DNA of 64,000 nucleotides from Raillietiella orientalis. Taxonomy: Eukaryota. Position 1 is the first letter of the stretch. Every line of letters begins with the position of its first letter. Below, one piece after another: positions 38,727 to 49,900 of this stretch. Position numbers and translations under genes: made by a program. The stretch spans positions 2,418,001-2,482,000 of the forward strand of contig JAYWIR010000011.1 of NCBI GenBank assembly GCA_036172245.1, written 5' to 3'. The notes under the pieces were generated by a model that made no database searches, was not told where the DNA came from, and saw nothing but the letters and a program-made list of their open reading frames with translations.

Positions 38727-39700
38727 TTGAAGACTATCCACCCTCGAGTGGCGTGGAACCGCCGATGTTCCGCAGTGGACTCCTCGGGGGTGCCTCGAGT
38801 GCTCAGAGGGGATTCTGGTGACCCTCTCCCAAGAATACGGGAAGCCGCGCACACCTCGGAAGACCTTGAAAGGGATTGCCAGCGATTTCCCGTCCTTCCT
38901 CTTCGCCGTCCCTCGGGCAACGAGGGTAGTCCCTAATGGGTGTAGAAGCGCTGCAGAGGGACGGTGGGGCCAGCGAGGAGGGGAGGAGGGGGCGGCCCCA
39001 GCGTTGTGCCGCCTGCGCAGCTCGACCGAAGCCCAAGGGGAGCCAATCCCGGACTGGAAGCAGGTGACCTTTTCCGGGGCAGCCTCGCGTTTCGAAAACG
39101 GGCGGCAAGACCCCAATGTGGGTCTCCTCGTCGCTGTTCCCCGGCGGGCGGCACTCCTTCCACGCCGGAGAGGCCGCGGAGAGCGGGGAAGCCTGGCGGT
39201 TAGGAAATCTTTCCCGAAAAAGTCTGGGGGAGTCTTCCTCCGGTTGTGAGCGCCCCATTTTCCCGCTCAAGGAGGAGGAGGAGGACTGCAGGGAACGTCA
39301 CTGCCCGGAAACGGGTCTTGTAGGTGCTGGTCAACTAGGAGAGAAGTTCTCGAGGCACGCGTCCGGTCCCCCGCTGAGATTCGTGGGAGGAGGGGCTGTC
39401 ATGTGGTACCTCCAAGCATCCGCCGGACGAAGGGATGGACGCCTCTCCAGGCAGCGGGTGAGCACAGAGGTCATCCTCTTCCTCTCCCTTTCAGACAGCA
39501 CCCCGCGACCCGAGAGAGGATTGCTTGGCAACGGCCGTGCAGGGCGAGCCGAGGTCCAGCCGAGAGATCCCGAGACGCGAGGCAAGGCCACGTCCGCCTC
39601 GTAGCTGGATCTGGGCAGGGATGGCGGCCACTCCGTGTCGCCCCCCCTCCTCTCGGAAGCCCGGCAGGGCTTCCGAGGGGACGGCTGCCAGGCCACCCCA
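38727..39700 (+). mobile_element. Decayed RTE-like APE endonuclease domain
   Basis: Ordered relics across frames: RVAWNRR (~RIATWNVR), RATRV (~ETRW), WKQV..ASRF (~WxPVS..ARF), RGHPL..FR (~IDHIL..FR), DLGRDGGH (~DIGSDH). Confidence 0.3.
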
Positions 39701-42700
39701 GTAGTCCGCCCGCCCTTCAGCTGAATTGGTCGAGCACTCGCTCGGGCGTTCCTCCTCCCTCTCCCTTCGGGCGGACTCCTCCTGGAGCAGCTTCCGATCC
39801 GCAGCCGGAGAGAACCAGGAGCGAAGATGGGGGGCAGCAGCGCCTTTGCCCCCGCGCGCCAACGACAAGGTTTTACCGGCTAAGAATAGAGAAGGTCGAG
39901 CGGATGATCTCGCATTTGTCCAAGAGGGCGTGAGGAGGAGGAGGTAGAGGTGGGAAGGGGGTGGGGGAGAAAGCGATCAATCAGGGATATCAGCGATCAG
40001 TGCTCGGGGAAACACCCTGTCACCGGGACACATCTGTAGCATCCGAGAAGCCGTCTGCGCGGGCGGTGGGCTTTCCGGGAAGAGCAAGTAGCTGGCAGTG
40101 GGATGGAAGCGACGGGATGAATCAGGGGAAGAAAAAGAGCGAGGAAGGGAGGAAAGAAGTTGGCCGTGGACCAATTTTTCGATGGAATCGGTGGGTGTTG
40201 ACGCGGGAAGAGCCAGCCGAACGCATCCCCGCGTTCCTGTGGAGGAGGAGGACCGCGATAAGGGGAAGCGCCGACGATAAGAGTATTCCATCGCCTTGTG
40301 GCGATAAACAAAGGAGAAAAGGGGGAACGGGAGGGGGGAGGGGGAGAGGGAATCCTCAGCTGCTCCGCGGTCCGCCAGCGAAAGATGGAATTTCAGCCTC
40401 CGCTGCGGTGCGCGCGCGCGAGCGTCGGTGGAAACCTGCTGGGGTACCGTGCAGCAACTGCGCGGCAGCAGCGGCGGCGGACGAAACATTCGCGAGGAGG
40501 TGGCGCCAGCGCGAGGAACGCGCTCGGGAGGGGGGGGGGGAGAATATGCGCGCGCGCTCTACCAACCCCCAAACCTCTCCCCTCGCTCCGTTTCCGGCAT
40601 CGGCGCTCGGAGGGTTTGAACGGGAAGGCCGGGACGACGAGGATGCTCGCGCGATGGCGGGCTGGCCGGAGGGGGAGGAACGTGGATCGCGCGCGCGCCC
40701 CCGGGCGGATAAGAAGCACTATCTGGCGCAGTCCCTGACGTGTGGGAACCCGGGCAGGTGCCGGCGGCGCCGCTCCGAAAGGAGTCCGGAGCGGGCCGGA
40801 GGGGAGATGGAACGATGATGCATCATCTCGTGGATTTCGTCGCCATCGCCGCCTCCTTCGCCCGGCCATCGCGCCATCGCTCCAGAGGCCGTCCCCGCAG
40901 CTACAAGGGCGAGGACAAAAGCGAACAGGTGGCGAACATTCGGTTGGCGCTATCCCTCCGCGCTCACTCCGGTCCGTCACCTGGGCGACGGACGGCGACA
41001 TTTTGGGTCTTTCCGGGCGGCACCACGAGCTGGCTGACGTCGGCTGAGGTGATGGAGGGGGCTATGTTTGTGGTGGGGGAGAGAGAGAGTCAGGAAGGAG
41101 AGCAGGCGCAGTCTTTCGGGAGGGAAGCGTCCCGAGGAACCGAGGGAAAGCCGGCCTTACCGGAAGGGCAGCCCGACAGCCGGAAGGATGCGAGAGCGAG
41201 TCGAGCGCGGGCGTGTGTGAGGGGGGGGGGGGACCGAAGTGCGCCAACTGGTCACGGGTGGGATCCGCGCGCGTCTTCCCCGCAAAAAAGACGGACTGTG
41301 GACGGAAACATCCGCCGCCGGATCGAAGCTCGGTGACGGACTAGCCAGCCACCAGATGGCAACGGGTCGCTTTATGGTGGCGCTAACAGCCACATCCTCC
41401 ATAAAAGCGAGCCAGGAAGACAACGGTCGACGCCTTCGCGCGGCTGCCGCTGAGCCTCGGCGGCGCGGAAGAACCCCCTTTTCGCGGGGGAAGCGGGCGC
41501 TTTTCGAGCTCAAGAGCACACAAGAGTCCGGAAGGCGCGCGCGGTGGCGCTCGTTCGAGGCCTACTCCTCCTCCACCACCAGCAGCTTCCATCCCCACCT
41601 GCTGCTTCCTCGAACAAAGCGGCAGAGGTGCGTTGGCTGGACCGCCGGTTCGCCTGCGCATTCAAAGGACCCTCGCGCGGAAGAGGGGAGGGAGGGAATG
41701 ACGAGGGGACGAAGAGTCTCACGACGACGCGTGGTTCCCTTGGCAAAGGCATCATCACTGGTGAGCTGACAGCGGAGCGGCTGCTACTGCGGGAACACTT
41801 GCCAAGGGCGAGGGACGCGCCTCCCCAGACTCTCCTCTTCTTAATTGGAAGAAGAAAAAAAAAACGCTGCTGAAAATTTTTGTCTTTATTTTCGGAGGGC
41901 TGCTCTGCGGAGGCACCGCGAGGTTCCGACGGGACTCGCGTGGCGTCGCCACCCGTCTGGGAACCGCGGCAGGCTGGCTGGCTGGGGAGGGGCGCAAATC
42001 CTCGCAGTCGCAGGGCCCAATGGGGGCCGGGGCGAAGGAGGGCGCGTGCGACTCGTCTTTCGCATGCGCGCACGTGCGAAAGGAAAACGGGGAGGAAGGG
42101 GCGGGGCACGCAGGAGCCCAGCAGCAGCAGCACCACCACCAGCACGCCGCAGATCTGCCGTCTCCCGAGCAACGGCAACGTGTAAAGGCGCACGCAACCG
42201 ACGGCTCCCGTGTGGAGGCCGTTCCAGGATGCGAGAGGCGCGCCCGGTCTCTCGTTCCTGGACAGAGAACGTGTCCTCCGGACGAAACGCGAAAGGGCAG
42301 AGCGGGGGGAGGGGAATGGGGGGACGCAATCGGCAGAGGGGAAAAACGCGCGCCCCGTTGCTCGGCGCGCGGGAAACGGAAACGCGCGCTCTGGAAAGAC
42401 GCGCGACGCTCGGCGCGCGCGAACTGGGTCGAGGAAACGGTCTCGGGGAGAATCCCGATTGTTCCGGGGACAATGGATCTCTCGCGGACCCCGAAGAAAG
42501 GGAGGAGGGTGGGACCGTTCTTTTGTGATCGGGAAACGATCCGGGATTCGCCGGCGCAACCTGAAGAAAGGACCCGCGCGGTCCTCAAAGAGGAGAGAGG
42601 GGAGCGGCAACGACGGCGGGATGGCTGCGAAGAGCCGCGGTGACGCGGCGGCTTCGAGAAAGAAGGGAAGGGCGAAGGGCACGCGTGGGCCCTCTCCCCC

Positions 42701-43149
42701 GACAATCGCGAGCAGGGCGACTGCGCAAGCTGCCGAACCGTGACGTCGGAAGGAGAGCAGCCGCCCGGTAGATGGTCACATAGGACGCGTCTCTAGGGGG
42801 GCGCTTCACCGTCCCGTTGTCACCCCTTCCGGACCTCGGGAAGGGTGACGGCGGCGGCTCTCGTAGTTCGTCGAGGGGCACCACCGGGGCAACGTGACCG
42901 GACCGGTGCGGCGCCGCCAAACATCTGCAAAAGTCGGCCCTCGGTGGGCTGGACGGGTCGGTCGGCCGCCAAAGCTGGAAGGGGGAGCGCCGCGGCTCCC
43001 GTGGGACTCGGAGACGAGGAGCACCGGGCGCGCTTGCGCCCGTTCGGACTTTTTATCTCTCCGAGAGAGCGACCCGCCCATCGCACCTCTCCGCCTGCGA
43101 GGAGAGAGAGTGGCGCCGCAGCCGACGCCCCGGAAGACCTCGAAGCTCC

Positions 43150-44050
43150 AGGGCAGGCACGCGATCCGGCACCGCTGCTTCTCGAGCGAGCGGACGGATC
43201 GCACGGAGGAATTCGCAGGTGTTTCCCGCACTCTTCCTCGCCGTCCTCTCTGGCCGGTCCTGTTCGGGCCTTGCAGTGCTGCTGGGCTGCTGCAGGTGGC
43301 CCTTCCACCAGGGTGGGCATCGGACTGGGCGTGTCGGAGCCAACGACAAAGCGCCTCGTCTCGTCGGGGTGCAGCCGTGAAGACTCTCCCTCTTCATTTG
43401 GGGGACACCAGAAAGCCAGCAGTTGGGACTCGGAGGGTTCCCTGGACCTCTGCAGTGGAAGGGGCGGCAGAGGCATCCTTGCCTTCGGCCTTCCACGCGT
43501 CAGGGGTGCTCTCGGAGGGACACGGCCATCTCTCTTCCCTGGCGCAGTTCCTCCTTCAGGGAAAGTCCGCTCCAAGGACGAGCCGGCGGCGGGGGACCGT
43601 TCGCTGGCCCCTTGACCTGGAGGACGCGGGTGGTACGAAAGTCGGATGTGTTGCTTCGGGTGGGGAGCGGCCGGACGCGGCGAACTCCGGCCGGCAGCTC
43701 TGTCCGGTGGGCGGATATCCCGGCGCTGAATGGAGGGAGGCAGGTCGAGGGCAGGCCGGGGGAAAGCTGGAGACGTGGACGGCCCGACGAGCGCCCCTTC
43801 AGCTGTCCAGGTCTTCGCGGAAGCTGGACGGATATCGATGCGACGGGAAACTGCAGACGGATAGCTTCCGTTCGCCACGTCGGTGCAGCTCGGAATGCCA
43901 AGCGCAGCTTCGCCCGCCGCGAGAGGCAGCCTCTCCGGAAAGGACGCGGGCGCTCCGTGCACCGCGAGAGTCCTTCCGGATTGGGTGGAGTCGAAAGCCC
44001 TCGTGAGCCCTGAGGGTCCCCACGGAGCCCCTTGCGCGGCAGAGGTCTCC
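43150..44050 (-). mobile_element. Decayed non-LTR (RTE-like) reverse transcriptase core
   Basis: Within ORF 42820..44052: GLTRAFDST...HGAP...VANGSYP...IR (~DLTKAFDSV...xGIP...VxxNGxxS...GVRQG) and RLHPDETRRFVVG...TLVEG (~GLKINxxKTKVM...IxIxG). Confidence 0.5.
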
Positions 44051-46761
44051 AACTTGATTTCTGTTTTTTCCCCCTTTCTTGACCTCCTCTGGTCAGCAGG
44101 CGGTCAGGTCTTCCCCCCGTGGGCCGTCTGTCCCCCCTCACGCGGGGTGAGGGGGAACGGAGACCGCGTCCAAGCAATCTCCAGACGAGGAGAGAGTCGC
44201 CGCACGGAGTACCTATGGAAGGGACGAGGCGCTTCGCAGCCTCATCTGCGCGCCGAGCAGCGCCATGGGCGCGGCGGGACCGGGGAACCACATGGCAGTG
44301 GGAAGGGGACGGGAGCGTTCGTGCTTCCTCTCTGCTCCCGATCGAACGCGCATGACGTTCGTTTCCCGGGGCGGGCGACTCGCTCCCTTCGTGGGCAGGA
44401 CGGGGCTAGCAGGCAGCCGAGGAGGAGGAAGGACGGAACGCCGCGACGTACCTGCTCGCAGGGAACGCGATCCCGGAGGAAGAGAGGCCGTCTGGGAGGA
44501 AGGTCACAGTGTAGGAGAGGGAGGGAGGAACACCCTCTTCAACACTCCCATCCCGCAGATTTCTCTGGGCAACCGAGGGCCGGTCGGGAAGGACACAGCG
44601 TTAACCTTCGCCACGCGAAATGCCGCCCTTCTGCCTTCCTGACCGATCCCAGGGAAGGGGTCGTTCTCCGAGGAGGGACAGGGCGATCGGGAGGGACGCG
44701 CCACCCGCACGGATGACTCCGCTGACGAGGGTGGACGTGTCAGACGATCGGCGCCTTGACGGCTCCCGACGATGGCGGCGCCGGGAGCGCAGGGGCCGCC
44801 GGCGATCGCCCTCCTCCCCCCCCCCTCGCGCACCTAACAGCGCTCCCCTCGAACCATGGAGCGCCGGGAAAGAGCCGGGTTGATCCCAGCTGGAGTGAGA
44901 AAGGGAAGGATCCAGAGGGGGGGATCTTCCTCCGGGGGTCGCTCCCGTATCTGGCAGGATAGATGTCCTGGCGGCGCGCCGTGCCCGCGCTCGCCCGCCG
45001 GGAGGAGCCGTCCTTTCCGGCGCGCCGTACCCTCCTCGCTCAAACGACGCCGCAGGAGGGGGGCAGCGGGAGGGGCAGGGCGGGGCGGGGACGGGAAGGA
45101 ACAGGCACACGGGGAGGAGGAGGGGGAGCAGCGAAGGAGTGCATGCGAGAAGGGGAAGCGCGCACACGCTGCCGATCTACAGATGCATCACACAATTCAC
45201 ATCTGCGGATTCGGAAGCCGCGAGGGGGGGAGAGGGGGGGGGGAGAAGATGCGCTGCTGAGCCGAGCAGGCGCGCGCGCGCGCGCGAGGGAGAGCGAGGA
45301 TTCCCGCGGCGCGGCCCCCCGCGCTGTCGAGTGGCACTGCTCGGCACAGCAGCGCATCTCCTCCTCGTGTTCTGGAAAACGCGCCCACGTGTGCAGGGAG
45401 GCACCCCATCCCCACGTAGTCCCAGCCGCAGGCTGCCGGCCGGAAGGACCGACTGCCCCCTTCCTCGAGTCTGGACGGCGCCCCGCGGGAGTCCTGCCTG
45501 CGGGGGAACGCGGGAGCGGGGGCGCGCCGCTCCCGGCGCACGGGACGAACCGAAGTCCTGGCCGGGCGATCCGCCGGAGGAGGCAGGGGGGGGGGGAGGG
45601 GGTCCTCCCTCAAAGTGACGCCTCGCCTCCGCCCGCCATCCGGGACCGGCGGGCGGGCTGCCGGCGCGCGTCGCGAATTTCTGCGGGACTTGCACTTCGC
45701 CCGCGCCTTTCCGCCTCTCCCGCGCGCTCTCCGCTGGGCCTGCTCGAAGGGCGCGAGGGGGCCCTATGCGAGGCACGCGCAGTGGGGTCCCGGTCCACGG
45801 GATCGCAGCGTCGCGCCGCCTGGAGTCGGAGTCTCGCGCGCGGGGTTGCCGGGACGGGACGCGTGCCCCAGGCATCGCATGAAGAGGTAAAGTGCGAGCG
45901 GCGGAGCGTGGCACTTCGAGGGCGTCAAGGCGCCAGGCTGGACCCCTGGATGGCGGCGATGGCTGCGGAGACTTCCGCTGGCGCTTCGTGCTGCCCCTCC
46001 CCTGCGGGAGACTCCCAGACCTCCGCCAGCCACCCAATCCGCTCTCGCGCTGAGGCTCGGCCTGCGCGTGGAAGGGCGCAGAAGGGGAGCTTCCGGTGCG
46101 AAGAGCGCGGACACACAAAGGAGGGGCCGTAGCGGCGCGGCCTGCTGTAACCCGAGCGCCGCCGGACGTTCCCCGGAAAGGGAACAACGAAAAAAAAAAG
46201 ACAAAGGAAGGAAGGAAGGAAGGAGGAAGTGCGTTCGGGAGGGCGCGCCCGCCGGCGGCGGGAACGATCCGCTGCTGCTGCTGCTGCTCTTCGGGTCGCT
46301 GCCGCGCTCGGGCAGCCATGCCTGCATCCTCGCCAAGATGAAGGAAAAGTCCTTTTCCTTCCTCGGCGGAATCGGCGCGACCAAGGAAAAGCAATTAGGC
46401 GGGCGAGGCCAATTTTTTAAGCTTCGCCCGAATGGAGCGCCGAGACCTCGTAAACATTCGCGCGCATGCGCCTCTTCTTCCCTGCTTTCCCTCTTCCCCT
46501 CCCCTCCCCCCCCCCCGCTTCCCTCCCTCCAAGGAGAGAGACGCGCAAAAGCACACACATGCGCGCGCGCGCACTCACGCTCACGCACGCGCACGCACAC
46601 AAGAACGCAAAAATAACCATAAAAAAATATGCTTTTTTGAGCTAAAAATATTTAGCACATCAACAGTACACATTCTTTGGCTAGGGAGTGTTTCCGATTG
46701 GGAACAGTCATTATCACATTGGTGTCGCGAGGCAGAACGACGTTTTTTTTGTTTGTTTGTT

Positions 46762-46810
<49 letters not shown>
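46762..46810. repeat. (CA)n microsatellite in the Delta 3' UTR region
   Basis: (TG)n on +, ~45 nt past the Delta stop codon. Confidence 0.95.
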
Positions 46811-46853
46811 TTTGTTTGTTTTTTGTTTTTCGCTTCCTTTCCGTATCACAGAT

Positions 46854-46995
46854 TCAGACTTCAGTGGCGAAGATGGGCTCAGACAGTTTGTCGTGTATCA
46901 CGTACACCGAATACGATGCAGGCGACGACGAACACGAAGAAGGCGTGGTCGCCCCCGTGGCGAAATCTACGGACTTTTTCACAGGACTGCAGTCA
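46854..46995 (-). CDS. Dl: Delta exon 10: C-terminus ending ...[18 protein letters not shown]
   Basis: Branch-like GCTGAT, acceptor TTTTTTAG|, phase 2 match; ends in the ATEV PDZ-binding motif known from Delta/Dll proteins. Confidence 0.93.
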
Positions 46996-49900
46996 CTAAA
47001 AAAGACCACATCAGCATAACAGCACCAGGAGAGGCAGTGGGGAGGGGGGGCGGGGGAGGGTAGCTGCTTTCTTTCATTTTTTTTTTTTTTTTTTTTCCTT
47101 CTTCTCTCTCTCTCTCTCTCTCGAGTGGCAGGAAACAGCTGCGCGCGCGCCACGCTGCGTAGCGGCATGCGGCAGAAGTCTCAAAAAAGGGGCTCACCTG
47201 GAGCAGAGGACGGGGTTCGCGTCGACGGAAAGGCACGAACTGCTGCTGGCCACGTCGCCGAGGCAGACCTTGGGGTACGGCGAGTTCACGTCGCCAGACG
47301 GTATCTTCGCGTAGGAAGGGTCAGGGTCGTAGCTACACCGGTCACCTAACACGGACGTCCTCAGAGAGGGGTCAGAGTTCAGGATCTTGCTGGACCTCCG
47401 CATGGCGTACGCGGTGACCGAGTCCTTCGAGCAACAGTCCACACTGTCAATGTGGCGGTACACTTGGTGGAAGGGGGAATAGGAGTTGGTGGGCTTGTCT
47501 GGAATGGAATAGTCCAGGTCGTTCACAATTATCTGACTACGCCTGTCTACGCTGCATTTATTATTGTTCATCATGCTGCAGACAGCATTTTCGACGTTCT
47601 GCCTACGCGCCTCGTCATCTGCTTTCTTGCGATCCCGCTTGCGTTTCCTTTTCATGCAAACGATCACCACCGCAGATGCGAATGCCAGCAGGGGGACCGC
47701 GGCGGACAAGGTCGCTATCAGGACGAGCTGCTCGGACGACAGGTCGCTGCGGTCGCCTTCCACAACGTACAGTTTCTGGATTACCCCACCCATCTTGAAA
47801 GAGTGGCGGTGATGCTGCTGCGTCCTGTTGGACAGCTCGTCCAGGAACTCGCAGGAAGCTCCGAAGAATCCCTGCGCGCAGGAGCACTGGACGACAACGC
47901 CCGCTTCGCTGACGCTGCTCACGCAAGTCCCCCCGTTCTTGCAGCGGTGGCTTTCGCACCCGAGGGCTTGCAGGCTGCAGTCCTTCCCGGCGAAGCCGCT
48001 CGGGCAGGCGCATCGGTAATCGTTCACGAGGTCGAAGCACTGTCCGCCGTTGGCGCAGGGTTTGGACACGCATTCGTTCACGTTAGTCAGGCAGAGGGAG
48101 CCGATGAAGCCGGGGACACACAGGCACTTGAAGGAGTTGACCAGGTCGACGCAGGTGCCCCCGTTGTGGCAGCGGTTCTCCCCGGCGCAGTCATCGATGT
48201 TGACCTCGCAGTTCACTCCGGCGAAGCCGACGGGGCAGCTGCAGCGGTAGCCGTCGCCTTCGGTGACGCAGTGGCCTGGAATGGATTTTCCGTGGGGGCC
48301 TCCTCCCTCGCCGGCGACCCGAGAACAGCAACACCGCCTACCGTTCTTGCAAGGGTTCGGCCTGCACAGGTCCAGCTGGCGCTCGCAGTTGACGCCATCG
48401 TACCCGGCCTGGCAGCCGCACTGGTAGCCCGCGGCGTTGTCGGTGCACACGCCCCCGTGCTTGCACGGCTCGTCCGCGCAAGAGTTCACCCGGAGTTCGC
48501 ACTTCCTGCCGTGCCAGCCCATCCGGCAGGAGCAGGTGTAGTTGGCTCCGGTGTTCTGCACGTGCACGTGGAGAGAGAGGGAGGAGGGGGTGGGCGGTTC
48601 CCTTACGTAGCAGGTGCCTCCGTTGACGCACGGTTGTTCCGCGCAGTGGTTCACCTCCAGCTCGCACGAGCTGCCGGTGTACTCTTCCGGGCAGGAGCAC
48701 GTGAACGATCCCTGGCCCGTGTTGTAGCAGGTGCCTCCGTTCTTGCAAGGCCTGTGGTTCGTGCAGTAGTTCAAATCTTGGCGAAGGAGAGAGGCTACAG
48801 TCAAGGAGGGGAGGGCAAAGCCACCGTCGAACCAGGTTCGACCCGGGAGGTGAAACAAAACAAAAACATCCCGCGGGAAGGGAGGAGACGAGACGCCGGT
48901 TGTTTGCGAAGGAGGTGTGCGCGATGCGTGCGTTCGCGGGACAGGAGAGAGGAGAGGTCGCAGGTTGCAAGGACCGACGTCAGGGGAGCTGCGCTCCACG
49001 GAAAGTGACGATGAGCAGGGCTCTCACGTCGCGCGGGCCTCCGCCGGGCTAGAAGGAAGCGAGGTGGGGGCAAAGTCTCACTCCAAGGGCCCTGGATCAC
49101 CGCCACGCTCGATCGCGATGCCGGAGCGCGGCCCAGCTTTTCACGAGTGTTGCCAGGCGATGGCGGTCGCAGCGAGGTGCCCGACCGAGGTGGGTCGCTC
49201 GACAGCGGACAACGCGATGGGGTCCACCCACGCGGGGAACTCCCCTCATCCTGCAACATTTCGGGGACCGCAGGGATAGGCGGCAGCGGTCGCCACCACC
49301 GCCACCGTCAGCAGACTCCATGAGGGAACTCCCTCGGTGGAGTGAAGGTCGCCGTAGCCCACCTGACCGCCTGCGCAGCAGCAGGCACCGCGGGCATTTC
49401 ACGGGAAGCGCTTTCCTTCCCCACAGGTGTGGGGAAGGGCGATTTTGGGAGAAAGCGGATCCGATGCTGGTCTCTGCGCACCAGCCGGCAGGCAGCCGGC
49501 CAGCCAGGTGGCTCGTGACTCCGAGCGGCGGTGCGGAACCGTCGCAGGGTGCGCGTGCGGGAGCGAACCCGCTCCCCCTCCCCGCCCCATTCCCCGCAGT
49601 GTGCGCGTCTTACCTTGGTTGCAGAACAGGCCTCCCCATCCTTCCTCGCAGACGCACTCCCAAGGCTTCTGGCAGGTCCCGTGCTCGCATCCCGGATACC
49701 GAACGCATCGATCACAAAGAGGTCCTTCCCAGCCGCTCTTGCACCTTGAGGAACGGAACACTCGGTCAGCCGAAGGTGGCAACCAACACCTTTCTTTCAT
49801 TCTTTTCCTATTTCTATTTTTATTTTTTTCTCTTTCTACCTTCCCTCCCTTCTGTCTCTCTCTCTCTCTCCACCTTTACAGCACTCGCAGCGACTCGGCG

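Noticed and set aside
47452..49008. 518-aa plus-strand ORF
   Set aside because: Antisense shadow of the GC3-rich Delta coding sequence
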